This document shows, one piece after another, positions 9,201-19,468 of a stretch of 27,333 nucleotides of DNA (positions within the stretch are counted from its first letter, which is position 1; the number at the start of each line of letters is the position of its first letter). The stretch spans positions 156,693 through 184,025 of the forward strand of contig NIVC01000725.1 in assembly GCA_002269645.1 (NCBI GenBank), read 5' to 3'. The position numbers and the translations under genes are program-made. The notes under the pieces were generated by a model, which ran no database searches, was not told the DNA's origin, and saw only the letters and a list, made by a program, of their open reading frames with translations. Origin of the DNA: Macrostomum lignano. Taxonomy: Eukaryota.

Positions 9201-11529
9201 GCTGAACAGTATGCTCACCTGGTCGAAGGTCTGAATAGTTTTGTGATTTTGAGCAGAAATTTTACATGTAGGTCACATTTCGAAAACATTAAATGGAAAC
9301 AAGAAAGATTAAATGCACCAGATTACCTTGAGCGTGTCTAACGGATTAACACCTCTACGAAGTGCTCTAGCAATTGACCTTGGCATGCACTGGTACAGCA
9401 GTTCGTTGGCTTTCTTCTTCTCCTCGTCCAGCCTTCGCATGCCGATCTCCATCTCTCTGCTGCGCTCCTGTTGCTGAATAATTTGTGTTCGAGAAGGGTC
9501 TTAGGGGGGTAGCTGAGTCACTAACTCACTCAGAGTCACTCACTCAGTGTAGCTGAGCCACTCACTCAGTGTAGCTGAGCCACTCACTCAGTGTAGCTGA
9601 GCCACTCACTCAGTGTAGCTGAGCCACTCACTCAGTGTAGCTGAGCTAGTCAATCACTCAGTGTAGCTGAGCCAGTCACTCAGTGTAGCTGAGCCTCTCA
9701 TTTGATCCTCACCGACTGCAGCAGTTCCATCAGCTCCTCGGATTGCTGATTGCCCGCCATGACCATCTCGCGGCTCGAGTCGTGCAGACTCAGATCGTTC
9801 AGAAACAGACCCTTCTCTCTTAGTTGGTTGCTGTCACGGATCCTTTCGACGGTAACGTAAAAAGTATATGTACGTACAGTACGTTAGGGTAAAGTGCAGA
9901 AGATAATTTAAAAAATCCCCTTCATTGTTCACTCACATCGGCGTGGCAATATAGATGATCTTATTCCAGGAGGCCACGTGGATCATCTGACCCTTGAACC
10001 GGATCACCCCCGGGTCCGAGGTGCTGCTCTTCCTGCGCACGCTTAATCGAACAGTTCGATCTTTGCCGCTGGCACCTTCGTCCGGTTTTGTCAGCAAAGC
10101 GATCTCAAATACGTTGTGCCTGTGCTGGCAGATCTATGAGGGTTAGAAGTAGACCCCTCTTTCGATTCCGTTAGCAAGTACATTCATTTGCGCACAAAAA
10201 TCGGCCTCAGTTTGTTGTCGAGCGATTTACAGCCATGAGGACCAACCCCCAGGGCACAGAGGGTGTACATGCCTAACGATTCGAGAGTCAGGGCCGCTTG
10301 TACACCCTGTGTGAGCGTGTGTTTGAGTGGCTGTGCCTGCCTACAGTATTGGCCCACTTGTATTGTGCTCAAGAGTCAGAATTGCCTCACCGCTGGTTGT
10401 GGGATGATGTCGCCGAAGGCGTTTCGCCAGGATGCCCCACAGTCCCTGATTATTATTATTAATAAACCCTCACGCCAGTATTTAGCGGCATCAAATTCTC
10501 GGTAACCAACCTCTTCCCAGGTGCACTCGATAAAAGGCCTGGTAATGAAGAGATTATCCTCAAAGTTGCTGCCCTCCATACTGGGCAGCAGGCACTGGAA
10601 CCCCTTGCCAATGTCGCTGACTGTCATGTCCGGACTGAGCAGGAAGCAGAACGGGAAATTTTCCAGGAACTCTCGCTTCTCCACTCGGAAACTCTCCGGA
10701 TTGCAAATCTGATAGACGCGCTGGTTGTAGACTCGGTTGTCGAACAGGAGACGGTAGCAGTACTGGGTGTAGATGCCCGCTCTGCTCTCGCTGACTACGC
10801 TGACCTGGGCGTCAACCTTTTCGGGTGGAATTGGAAGGAATCGAAGCAATTATACAGAAGTATTGACTTTTTTATTTGTCTAACCAAAACTTTATAAAAG
10901 AATGAACGTTCGTCCACAGCCAGCGCAGAGGAAATTCTGCCCGTCCACGAGGTGTACAATGTCCCTGACTTTCTAATCATCAGGTATGTACACTCTTACT
11001 ATTTAATTTTAAGAAAATCTTGATCAACAGTTTCAGTGAGTGTACAATCCTCCTTTACCTGGTAAAGCACTTTTGCAACCGTCTGCAAGATACCCCTAGC
11101 GTAGTGATGAAACCCCGGTCGCTTAGTCTTATAGAGCAGCACAATGCCCAGAGCATTCTCCTTGGCTACTATAAAAGTCGGCGGCCGAATCTTGGGATAA
11201 CTGAAGCGCAGGTACTCGTGCACATTGTCGATGCCGTGGCAGAAGTCGCGCAGGTGCCGGCCCATCACGCGCAGCATCTTATCGTAGCCGTATTTGGCTA
11301 GAAAGCCGACAAAGAATGAGCCATTGTCGAACAGTAGTTGATCAGCCGGCAGGTCTGTTTTATTCGCTAGTGCGTTGAACAAGTTCAATATGATGGTCTC
11401 GCTGTAGGCCTTCCTAGTCTCGAAGGCGTGATAGCGGCACTCCGCGGCCTCCCTAATCTCCTGCCAATAGTCCTCGCCGTAGTTGCTAACAACGAAGTTC
11501 TGAATTCCTTCCAGCAGTATGCCGTACAT
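6285..11529 (-). CDS. Atypical soluble guanylate cyclase, Gyc-88E/gcy-31-like (H-NOX, PAS/HNOBA, coiled coil, class III cyclase, long low-complexity tail), about 1323 aa in 7 exons
   Basis: Exons (minus strand): 11529-11059, 10816-10511, 10133-9937, 9842-9713, 9473-9327, 9230-9084, 8858-6285. All introns are GT-AG with compatible phases; total 3972 nt = 1324 codons. Motifs: MYGILLE, GYDKMLRVMGRHLRDF, DNVHEYLRFSYP, FKGQMI, LNDLSLHDSSRE, ELLYQCMP, VYK|VETISDSY, MPRYCLFGDTVNVSSRM, IKGKG. The exact 3' end could differ if the last exon is spliced further. Confidence 0.93.
9509..9700. repeat. 22-bp minisatellite (about 8 copies) filling most of cyclase intron 4
   Basis: Unit GTAGCTGAGCCACTCACTCAGT with an internal CTGAG/CTCAG inverted repeat; the intron spans 9474-9712. 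Confidence 0.93.
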
Positions 11530-12296
11530 GTCTAGGCTTTAATCTGGCGATTAACTGGGTCGAGCATCGTTGTTGCTTTCCAATTAATATAAATAAGCAA
11601 CAGAGAGGAGACCTTAGCAACCAACCTGACAACTTCTATAGGCTGTCATCTGGTCTGTCGAGCAAGTCTCGAATGAACAAATCAAGTCAACAAGCAGTTG
11701 CTTCGTAATTGGTTCTCTGTATGCCTTTCAATAGGTAACGAGTGAAGGACGCGCTTGATGGGGAGAAAAGAGCTTGGATTTGTCTAATTAGGATCACGAA
11801 AGAAGCTCAAGAGAGAGAAACAGAATTTCCTTGACATGCTTGGAAACTGACTGGGTAGTTGACAGTTCATCCGGTTCTCAGTGCACTCTGCACTCTATAG
11901 GGTCCCTAAGATGAGTTCGAAGCTACTGAGGACAAAAACTCGGATGAATAATCAGAAATTTCCGTCAGACAACAGCCAGTGCAGTACAAGCTATGCGCTA
12001 TACTTGAAAGTGATATAAAGGAAGAAAAGATCTGAGGTGGCCGTTTCACGAACTTTCGCAGTATAGGGATCGAAAAATTTCAAACTAAATTGTCATTTGT
12101 TAAACTTTATGACAAAGAAGTTTCCCCTTGTAATTTTTAGCTGCATCCGAGTGCTATGGGGCATAATTATTAATAACATTTAATGACATGTATACAAAGA
12201 TACAAGGAAGATTGCGGATATTAATTTTTTTTAGTGTGGGCTGACCATAATGTATATAGGACCGACCTTATTAATAATAAAAATTGATTACACAAC

Positions 12297-12830
12297 GGCA
12301 GGTGGTGTAACGGCCAGCGAGTCTGAGTTGCCTCTCGCGCATCAGGTCAGAAGGCCGCGTAAGGCGGACCCAGCGTAGAGCACAGCATCGCAGAGTGCGC
12401 GGCGTCCAGCTACTTCTTCAGGGCATCCGTCAAGGTCCAGGTCTCAGCGTTGTTGAGGAGAGCAGTCTCGACGACTGCCCGAAACAGCTGAGCCCTGGTC
12501 CCGCCATCCAGAGCTTCCGATTGCTGCACCGAGTGCACCGAGCGTAAGGCGGCCCTGACCGGCCCGCGTCTCCTTTTTATGTCTCTGGCGATGTCCGGCA
12601 CGAGTCCGCCGAGGTATACGAAATGCCGGCAGCGTAGAAGTTGGGTCTCATCCCTGGCAGCATCTCGATTCGTGATCTCAGCACGTAGGTCCAGTGGCAT
12701 AGTGAATATTTCAGTCTTCTGCGCGTTCCGCGTGAGGCCGACCCTCGCTGCCGCTTTCGTCAAGCCATCCAGCAGCCGTTGGGCGCCTTCGACTGTTAAA
12801 GACAGCAAAGCAAGCTCGTCCGCGTCCCAG
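12297..12830 (-). mobile_element. Degenerate RTE-clade LINE reverse-transcriptase fragment (domains 5-7 and thumb)
   Basis: ADELALLS (from YADD-x-ALL), VGLTRNAQKTE, FVYLGG, DIKRR, LFRAVVETALLNNAETWTL, then a stop and frameshift, then MRERQLRLAG; these match the conserved RTE C-terminal blocks. Confidence 0.88.
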
Positions 12831-12981
12831 ATAATGCTGGCACCCATTTTTCAGCTGGGTGAACTGAAGCAAGAGTTAAGTGTCTTGCTCAAGAACATAA
12901 ATTGTTCCGATTGGGTCAAGAATCGAACCCCCGGACCTTTCAGTCATAAGTCTGACGCTCTAACCACTAGGCTACAATCCC
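12830..12981 (-). mobile_element. tRNA-derived CORE-type SINE (head plus CORE domain)
   Basis: The minus strand reads GGGATTGTAGCCTAGTGGTTAGAGCG (A box) TCAGACTTATGACTGA ... GGTTCGATTCT (B box), followed by TTCTTGAGCAAGACACTTAACTC...CTTCAGTT...CTGAAAATGGG, which resembles the MIR/CORE consensus. The anticodon arm is defective. Confidence 0.8.
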
Positions 12982-13314
12982 CTTCAACCGCTGAACAGTA
13001 GTTTGCAGTTGAATGGCGGTCGTTGTCTGTCTGTCTCGGATGCAGAACTTGATACCGTTCGAAGATACCTAAAGTAAGTATAAGAACCAATTTATTTTGG
13101 TTGAACTAGTCAAACCTTATGATGACGAAGAGAAGAAGGATAGAGTAGAAGTCTAATTCTAAATCCTTCATCTACCTCTTGAAGTCTAGCAAACAGCGTC
13201 ATCATTGAGGCAGTGAAATAGCCTAACATACTACTACTGATATATGCTAGAGCTGCACGCTAGTGTTCTAAAACAAGTCTTGCTCTTTTTTCGACTACAT
13301 GTAGGCACTAGACA

Positions 13315-13550
13315 CTATAACGTCGCGATTGAACGGAACTTAAATACAAGCGTAGTAATTTGTTCAGCCAGTCCGTTGAACACCTTGCCGTAGATCGCCA
13401 GCACCTGCAGCTGCCGGGCTGCGTATCAGGTAAAGTCGATATTGGGCGACACCACTGCCAGACGCTCGAACAGGTAGGCAATCAACACATTTGAAGAAGA
13501 ACAGCACGAGGACGAAGAACAGCCTATCCAGAGACTCCGCAGCAGATGGG
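13315..13550 (-). pseudogene. Remnant of a TRPV-like paralogue (S6 and TRP-helix region)
   Basis: Translates with indels as SAAESLDRLFFVLVLFFF/NVLIAYLFERLAVVSPNID/YLIR/ARQLQVLAIYGKVFNGL, clearly homologous to FFFNVLIAFLSDRLAFVSPNTAYLMRARQLQMLAIWGALLNGL of the ORF at 15579-17303. Confidence 0.88.
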
Positions 13551-13625
13551 CAGCAAGTCGAAGACGCACCTATGTAGGGGTAAAATCATTCTTCTTTAGA
13601 GCGTCCTCCCACTCCTATGAGAAAC

Positions 13626-14230
13626 CTATGTACAGGGTTTTTCTGGAGGCGTCCTTTTCCGGAACCTCCTTGAAGGCCCGGATTCCGCCCTGAGGTAGGT
13701 CAGGGTTCTTGCTGAGTGGATTAAAAGGCTCGGTAGCGCCTGCATGGCAGCGGCGGTCGGGCATGCTCCATGCACGACCATGGATGGGAGTGCAGTCGCG
13801 CAGGCGTCCCACGTGATGGACGCGAGTTTAAGCAGTGCGAGGTCGATCTGAGCCACGTCTTTGTAGGGGAGGATGATGTTTCCGTTTGCGTTGCGCACCG
13901 TCTCGACCTTGATGTCGAGGGCGTCATTGTCCCAGAGGAAGTCATCGATCCTTTTGATCGCTGCTTCCAGCTGGGCGGTGGTCAGCACGCACGCAGAATT
14001 TCGGCTCTGCTGCCACTTTGGCTTTGGCCTCGGCTTCTGCAATCAGGGCCTTGGTTTTTTCATCGCACCTGCGACGGGTGATGACCTGCTGGAAGCCGTC
14101 GTTTTTAGAGGCACCTGGACGAGGTGCGTGGGTTTCCGCGGGTTTTGCGGTGGGATCAACTATATGTTGGAGGGTTGGGGGATTGACGGACCTCCCGAGA
14201 CGTGTCAGTAGGTTTTGTTTTATCCATGCA
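13626..14230 (-). mobile_element. Probable gag-like ORF1 fragment of a non-LTR retrotransposon (R1/LOA-like), frameshifted
   Basis: Pro-rich leader, NDGFQQVITRRR, then [17 protein letters not shown]...LPSMVVHG, resembling the V-x-x-V-R-x-x-x-x-G-x-I and P-x-I-I-I-x-G blocks of these gag proteins; recognised by pattern only. Confidence 0.5.
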
Positions 14231-14916
14231 GATTAGGCTGGAATGGAGAAGCTAAAATGTGAAGGCGGGGCTCCAGCGGGCCCCCAGCCCACACTCTGCA
14301 AGATCATGAGACGGGAGGCCAGCTGCAGGTTTGGGACAAGGGCGCCAAGTCAGATTGACAGCCAGAGCCCAAGACCTCCCCGCAGGAGTGGCTTTCGAGA
14401 ATCCGTGTGGTACCAGTGTTGCAACTATGGGCTCCTGCTATGCAAAAAACAGCAGGCTATTCGTTTCTATGCTTAGCCCAGACGGAAGAGTAAAGAGGGG
14501 AAAAGCCATTGCCCCCTCCGGACGCGCTTTATTGATTCAGCAAGTTGACTTGCTGATGGATACTCAAAATTTGCCATTGTTTGACTGAAACTAGCGATTA
14601 ATCTAGCTATCGTCCATTAGTTGTGTACACACGATTCAGTTTACCCTGAACCAACAGACCTTCATTTGTTGATTTTTCTGCTTTTGACGTTTGGAGTGTT
14701 TTCCTCAGTCCTCCCTTGTAGCTACCTAAATTAGATTGCTTACAGCTAAAGATCAGCAAATGCATATTTTAAATGCACTAATTTATAACCAATCAAACTG
14801 TAAAATAATGGCACAAAAAAGTTACTGCGGGAATTTACAATTTTCGTCCTCCCATCTTGACATTTATTCCCACAGCTACCTTTTCCTTCTGTCCTATTGT
14901 CGCATCATTCTGTCAT

Positions 14917-15190
14917 TCCATCGCGAGTGACTCAAGCCAGAGTGACTTAATGCCGAGTGACTCAATCCCGAGTGACTCAATCCCGAGTGACTCAACCCCG
15001 AGTGACTCAATCCCGAGTGACTCACTCCTGAGTGACTCCATCCCGAGTGACTCAATCCCGAGTGACTCAATCCCGAGTGACTCACTCCTCCATCCCGAGT
15101 GACTCAATCCCGAGTGAGTCAATGCCGAGTGACTCAATCCCGAGGGACTCAATCTCGAGTGTCTCTATCCCGAGTGACTCAATCCCGAGT
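14917..15190. repeat. 15-bp minisatellite, about 18 copies
   Basis: Unit ATCCCGAGTGACTCA containing the interrupted palindrome GAGT-G-ACTC and TGACTCA. Confidence 0.95.
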
Positions 15191-15578
15191 AGATATATGT
15201 CCTTTTACTGTGTCCTATACCGTCAGCTGGTAAATTTAAATGAGCAAAGTCTTATCTAGCCCACTGAGAGAGTACCATTAAGTTACTACAATGAGAATGA
15301 AACAACGTCTTTTATGATTGACAGATTGATCGATGTCAGTAAATAAGCTGAGATATTCCGAGGTAGAAATCGTATATATTTCAGCTGTACTTCAGTCAGT
15401 CGCAAAGACAAACGACAAAACTTGTGGTTTGAATTGACAAAAACATCTCTAATATACCCATGTCAGACTATGCCTAATTAATCTCTGATCTGTGAAGATG
15501 ATGATTCATTGAAATTTAGGGCAGTGACTCAAATGTTTGTCATTTTGATAACCCCAAGAAGGCCCTACTGAATTTGCC

Positions 15579-17303
15579 TTAGTGATATCGCTTCTGAGGT
15601 ATTCTCAACTCCAAAGCCGTAGCAGACTTGCTCTGAACTTCCGTAGTCCGAGAGCAAGGTAGCCTTCGTCGCAGGTCGATGAGTCCGTTGAGCAACGCGC
15701 CCCAGATCGCCAGCATCTGCAGCTGCCGAGCCCGCATCAGGTAGGCGGTGTTGGGCGACACGAACGCCAGCCGGTCGGACAGAAAGGCGATCAACACGTT
15801 GAAGAAGAACAGCGAGAACAGCATGTGGGTTGTGAGGTACAGCAGGCCCATTCTGCCCAGAGACTCGGCAGAGAACGAACCCCCGACGATGGTTCTGTAG
15901 AAACCCAGCCAGATGTTTGCTATTGAATTTCCGCTGGCTCCGTAGAAGTTCGGCTCGCACGGTATGATGATGGAGTAGAGCCAGGCTGAGTTTATCGTGA
16001 TGAAGCCAATGAGGAACAGAAAAGGAGCGAGCAGGTCCACCAGACACCACATTTGGAAGAACAGACTGCTCACTAGGCCAAGGTCGTTAAAAATTGAAAC
16101 CATAGCAACCACCAGCAGCAGACCGAATGAACTATCCATCACGTTGACTGCGGTTGAGTTAATCAAGCTGTCTCTCTCGTGGCAGCTCGTCACTGTTGGT
16201 AAGGAGAGAGACATCGCCAGCACTGCCGGAGACGCCAGCACCCAAACCATCGGGAAGAACCATTTGATGTCAGAGGCGACAGTCTGCACGACTACTACTA
16301 ACGTGCTTGAAGTTTTGAGCCGCGCTAGGTTTAGAATTCGGAATCGCGCAATGGTAATAACCGAAATTCGGGCGATTACCATTGCAATGACAAGGTAGGC
16401 AAAAATAAAGGACACCAGCTGCAGACCGGGAGGCTTGGTGATGCCGTTCAGAACTCGTAGATTGCTGCATGAGCTGTTGCAAACATCCGAGTTGATGTTC
16501 CTGTACAATGTTGGACCACTGATGAGGGCCAACAAAGACCAAAGGACGGAGGATACGCTGGCGTTAAAGAATAAAACCTTCCGATTTGTTGCGAGCAATT
16601 CAGCCGACCAGCGCGCGATGACGTCGGAGTCCCAGAAGCGCTTCAGCGAGTCGTCCAGCGGCTCCGCGTCCCGCGTCATGTCGGCCAGCATCGTCAGCGG
16701 ACTCGTGTCTCGCCTGTCGCCCCTCGGGAAGCTGTACTCGCTGAGGTCCACACAGCGCAGTCTCACTGCTCCTGCATCAATCAGGCTGCTGCAGTACCTG
16801 CTGCTGCAGTGCAGAATCCAGTGAGCCACTGAGAACTGCCGCCTGTTCACTGCCAGCTCCAGCGCATTCAGTCCCAGCGCTTCCTTGTCCAGCAGCTGGC
16901 ACAGCTGCTCAGAGACCTGCTCACCGCTGCTGTGCAACTGCTGCAGAAAGCTCACAGCCTGCTGTTGGAGAGACTCACAATTCACAATCCACAGCTTGAC
17001 GATGAGGCAGTGGACTGGGCAGCAGTCAGCATCCTTCATCACTTGCTGGCTTGTCGTCTCGAGCAGGTAGCGGAAGCAGTCGGGAGCCAGGCTGCAGCAG
17101 CTCAGCTCGATGAGAGACGTGTGCTGCGACAGGAGCTGGGCGAATGCGGCTCCGTCAGCGGAGCACGGTATGAAGTCGTGGGCGGCGTGAGGGAAGCTGA
17201 GCCGGTCAGATGCAGAGTCCCTGCTGCTCAGCAGCCTCTTCAGCGATGCCAAATCGTCCGCGTCAAATATGGCTAACAGTTTTTGAGCTTCTTCTGCCGT
17301 CAT
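15579..17303 (-). CDS. Divergent TRPV-like cation channel, 574 aa, single ORF
   Basis: Last-ankyrin motif GLNALELAVNRRQFSVAHWIL, TRPV-type linker (AGAVRLRCVDLS...SPLTML), six hydrophobic segments, pore helix FYRTIVGG and S6 FFFNVLIAFLSD (compare TRPV1 LLLNMLIALMGE). Upstream exons cannot be excluded. Confidence 0.8.
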   Translation of the reverse strand: MTAEEAQKLLAIFDADDLASLKRLLSSRDSASDRLSFPHAAHDFIPCSADGAAFAQLLSQHTSLIELSCCSLAPDCFRYLLETTSQQVMKDADCCPVHCLIVKLWIVNCESLQQQAVSFLQQLHSSGEQVSEQLCQLLDKEALGLNALELAVNRRQFSVAHWILHCSSRYCSSLIDAGAVRLRCVDLSEYSFPRGDRRDTSPLTMLADMTRDAEPLDDSLKRFWDSDVIARWSAELLATNRKVLFFNASVSSVLWSLLALISGPTLYRNINSDVCNSSCSNLRVLNGITKPPGLQLVSFIFAYLVIAMVIARISVITIARFRILNLARLKTSSTLVVVVQTVASDIKWFFPMVWVLASPAVLAMSLSLPTVTSCHERDSLINSTAVNVMDSSFGLLLVVAMVSIFNDLGLVSSLFFQMWCLVDLLAPFLFLIGFITINSAWLYSIIIPCEPNFYGASGNSIANIWLGFYRTIVGGSFSAESLGRMGLLYLTTHMLFSLFFFNVLIAFLSDRLAFVSPNTAYLMRARQLQMLAIWGALLNGLIDLRRRLPCSRTTEVQSKSATALELRIPQKRYH

Positions 17304-17984
17304 ATTTCGTCAATAAGCTTATAAATTTATTGCAAATCTCTAACAAAGGTATACAGATATAGCTCTACCTTGGCCTGTGCAGTAGTTTTTATATTTGGAA
17401 TGTATTTCCAAATTTTACCTAGCGAGCCTCGTCTCCATTGGTTATCCGCTTGCTCTTGGATTGGCAAGTTGAATATATTGAGCTTAGAACTTCACTGGGT
17501 ATTATTTTAACTTCTGCAATTACCCGCAAACTTACACAAACCGACAGACCTATAGATAAGACAAAGCCCACAAAAAGTGAAAAATTGTCAGAAGCTTCCA
17601 GTGAAAGGGGAGATAAGCTTATGCAGCGGAATCGGACGTGAAGTGAGGATCCGGAACAAACCGACTACCTGTGCTTACCTACTACCTACTACTGGCGGGG
17701 GGCTACTGGTCGGAAATGCACTGTCGAAGTTGAAGCAGTTTGACAGCTAGTGAATTATCGTTTTCGCTCAGTGGATGCTATTTGCAAGCCTGTTGGTCGT
17801 CTCATATAAGCCTACGGTTTGTTTTCTACACTATCTTAGTTTACATCCTCGCGGTTTCCGGCGGTGATAAATTGCCGCGTTGATCGAAAACTCGCTCCTT
17901 GCCGGTCTTGAAGGCCCACGCTGGCCTTCTGCACGCGACCTGGCCCAGAGGCGCGCCCTGTGACGCTGACGAGACCCTGATAGC

Positions 17985-18069
17985 GTGTTGTTGTTGTTGT
18001 TGCTGTTGCTTGTTGTTGTTGTTGCTGTTGTTGTTGTTGTTGTTGTTTTTGTTGTTGTTGCTGTTGTTG
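17985..18069. repeat. (TTG)n/(CAA)n microsatellite
   Basis: About 28 imperfect TTG/CTG triplets. Confidence 0.95.
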
Positions 18070-18414
18070 CCCCTAAATGCTTGCTGGATTGAGAGCTTTA
18101 AATTATTTCTAGTTTCTCTCTCATCTACTTCAACAAATTAAATAAAATTAAAACCAGCAAATTCTTGAAATTCTTGTCATTCTTCTGTTTGTTATAAAAG
18201 TTCACAAAAAACTTTTTGTCACGTTTTGGTATCATTTTATCACAAAAATAATGGCGTATAAGATTTTAGGAAGGTTGCAATGGCTGCAGGTGTGGCGATG
18301 CTGCGAGTTAAGTTGAGTTGAAAAATCATATTTAATACGAGCGTAATATTTCAAAATTTTGAAAAATGTTGAAAATTGTGATTTGATATAATCTTTATTT
18401 TGCTGAACCTCTAG

Positions 18415-18980
18415 GTACTAACAGGTAATCAGATGCTGTCACAGGAACTGAAATCCTGTCTAACAGGTACCTCAGATCCTGTCCAACAGGTACCTCAGAT
18501 TCTGTCTAACAGGTATCTCAGATCCTGTCTAACAGGTACCTCAGATCCTGTCTAACAGGTACCTCAGATCCTGTCTAAAATGTATCTCAGATCCTGTCTA
18601 ACAGGTACCTCAGATCCTGTCTAAAATGTATCTCAGATCCTGTCTAAAATGTATCTCAGATCCTGTCTAAAATGTATCTCAGATCCTGTCTAACAGGTAC
18701 CTCAGATCCTGTTTAACAGGTACCTCAGATCCTGTCTAACAGGTACCTCAGATCCTGTTTAACAGGTACCTCAGATCCTGTCTAACAGGTACCTCAGATC
18801 CTGTTTAACAGGTACCTCAGATCCTGTCTAACAGGTACCTCAGATCCTGTCTAACAGGTACCTCAGATCCTGTCTAACAGGTACCTCAGATCCTGTCTAA
18901 CAGGTATCTCAGATCCTGTCTAACAGGTACCTCAGATCCTGTCTAACAGGTACCTCAGATCCTGTCTAACAGGTACCTAC
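18415..18980. repeat. 23-bp minisatellite, about 24 copies
   Basis: Unit AACAGGTACCTCAGATCCTGTCT (GGTACC palindrome, ACAGG/CCTGT inverted repeat); head-to-tail with no spacers. Confidence 0.97.
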
Positions 18981-19468
18981 TCTATATCTTGTCTGATAGG
19001 TTTCCATTCATTCAAAGTTTTTTTTTCAAAACTTTTCAACATACTACTATGAGTAAAAGTAAAAAAACGTAATATTGAATGTAAAATTGACATATTCAAT
19101 GGAAGAGATTCAGACACAAATTGGCAATTAAATACGAAATACAAAAACGTGATCAAGTTTAAATAGTTCCTGGAAAAAGTACGCCAAATGTAAAAAATTA
19201 AAGTTTATGTTCTGTACAGAAATGTCTGAATAAAGTACAAGTCTAACTAATAAAATATTGTGTAAATTAATGAAAGCAAATTTCATTCTGCGCAACTATT
19301 TAGTAGATCAGAAGTTTTAGAGTGCACAAAGTCTCCATACGAGTCTCACAAAGCTAGCAACTGGTGAAGTTCCCTTGTCGCTCAGGCATTTACCTGCGAT
19401 AAATTATTTTTTTAATTAGATGGAGTGGTTATTAAAGACGTTTAAAACGATAAAAAACTAAGTATATT

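Noticed and set aside
12910-12981. Fifth tRNA gene (apparent TAT anticodon)
   Set aside because: The anticodon stem is misregistered, the acceptor and T stems pair poorly, and it runs straight into a CORE domain; it is a SINE head.
5480-14240. Idea that the LINE 3' end and the gag-like fragment are two halves of one element that captured the cyclase gene
   Set aside because: They are on opposite strands, there is no target-site duplication or shared sequence, and the cyclase retains its introns.
15565-17276. Plus-strand ORFs overlapping the TRPV-like gene
   Set aside because: Antisense shadows with no independent coding signal.
17899-18141. Poly-Cys/Leu (or poly-Gln on the minus strand) ORF
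   Set aside because: Translation of a (TTG)n microsatellite; the frame shifts inside the repeat and the flanks have no coding features.
18415-18980. 23-bp palindromic repeat resembling a CRISPR direct repeat
   Set aside because: No spacers; it is a pure tandem minisatellite.
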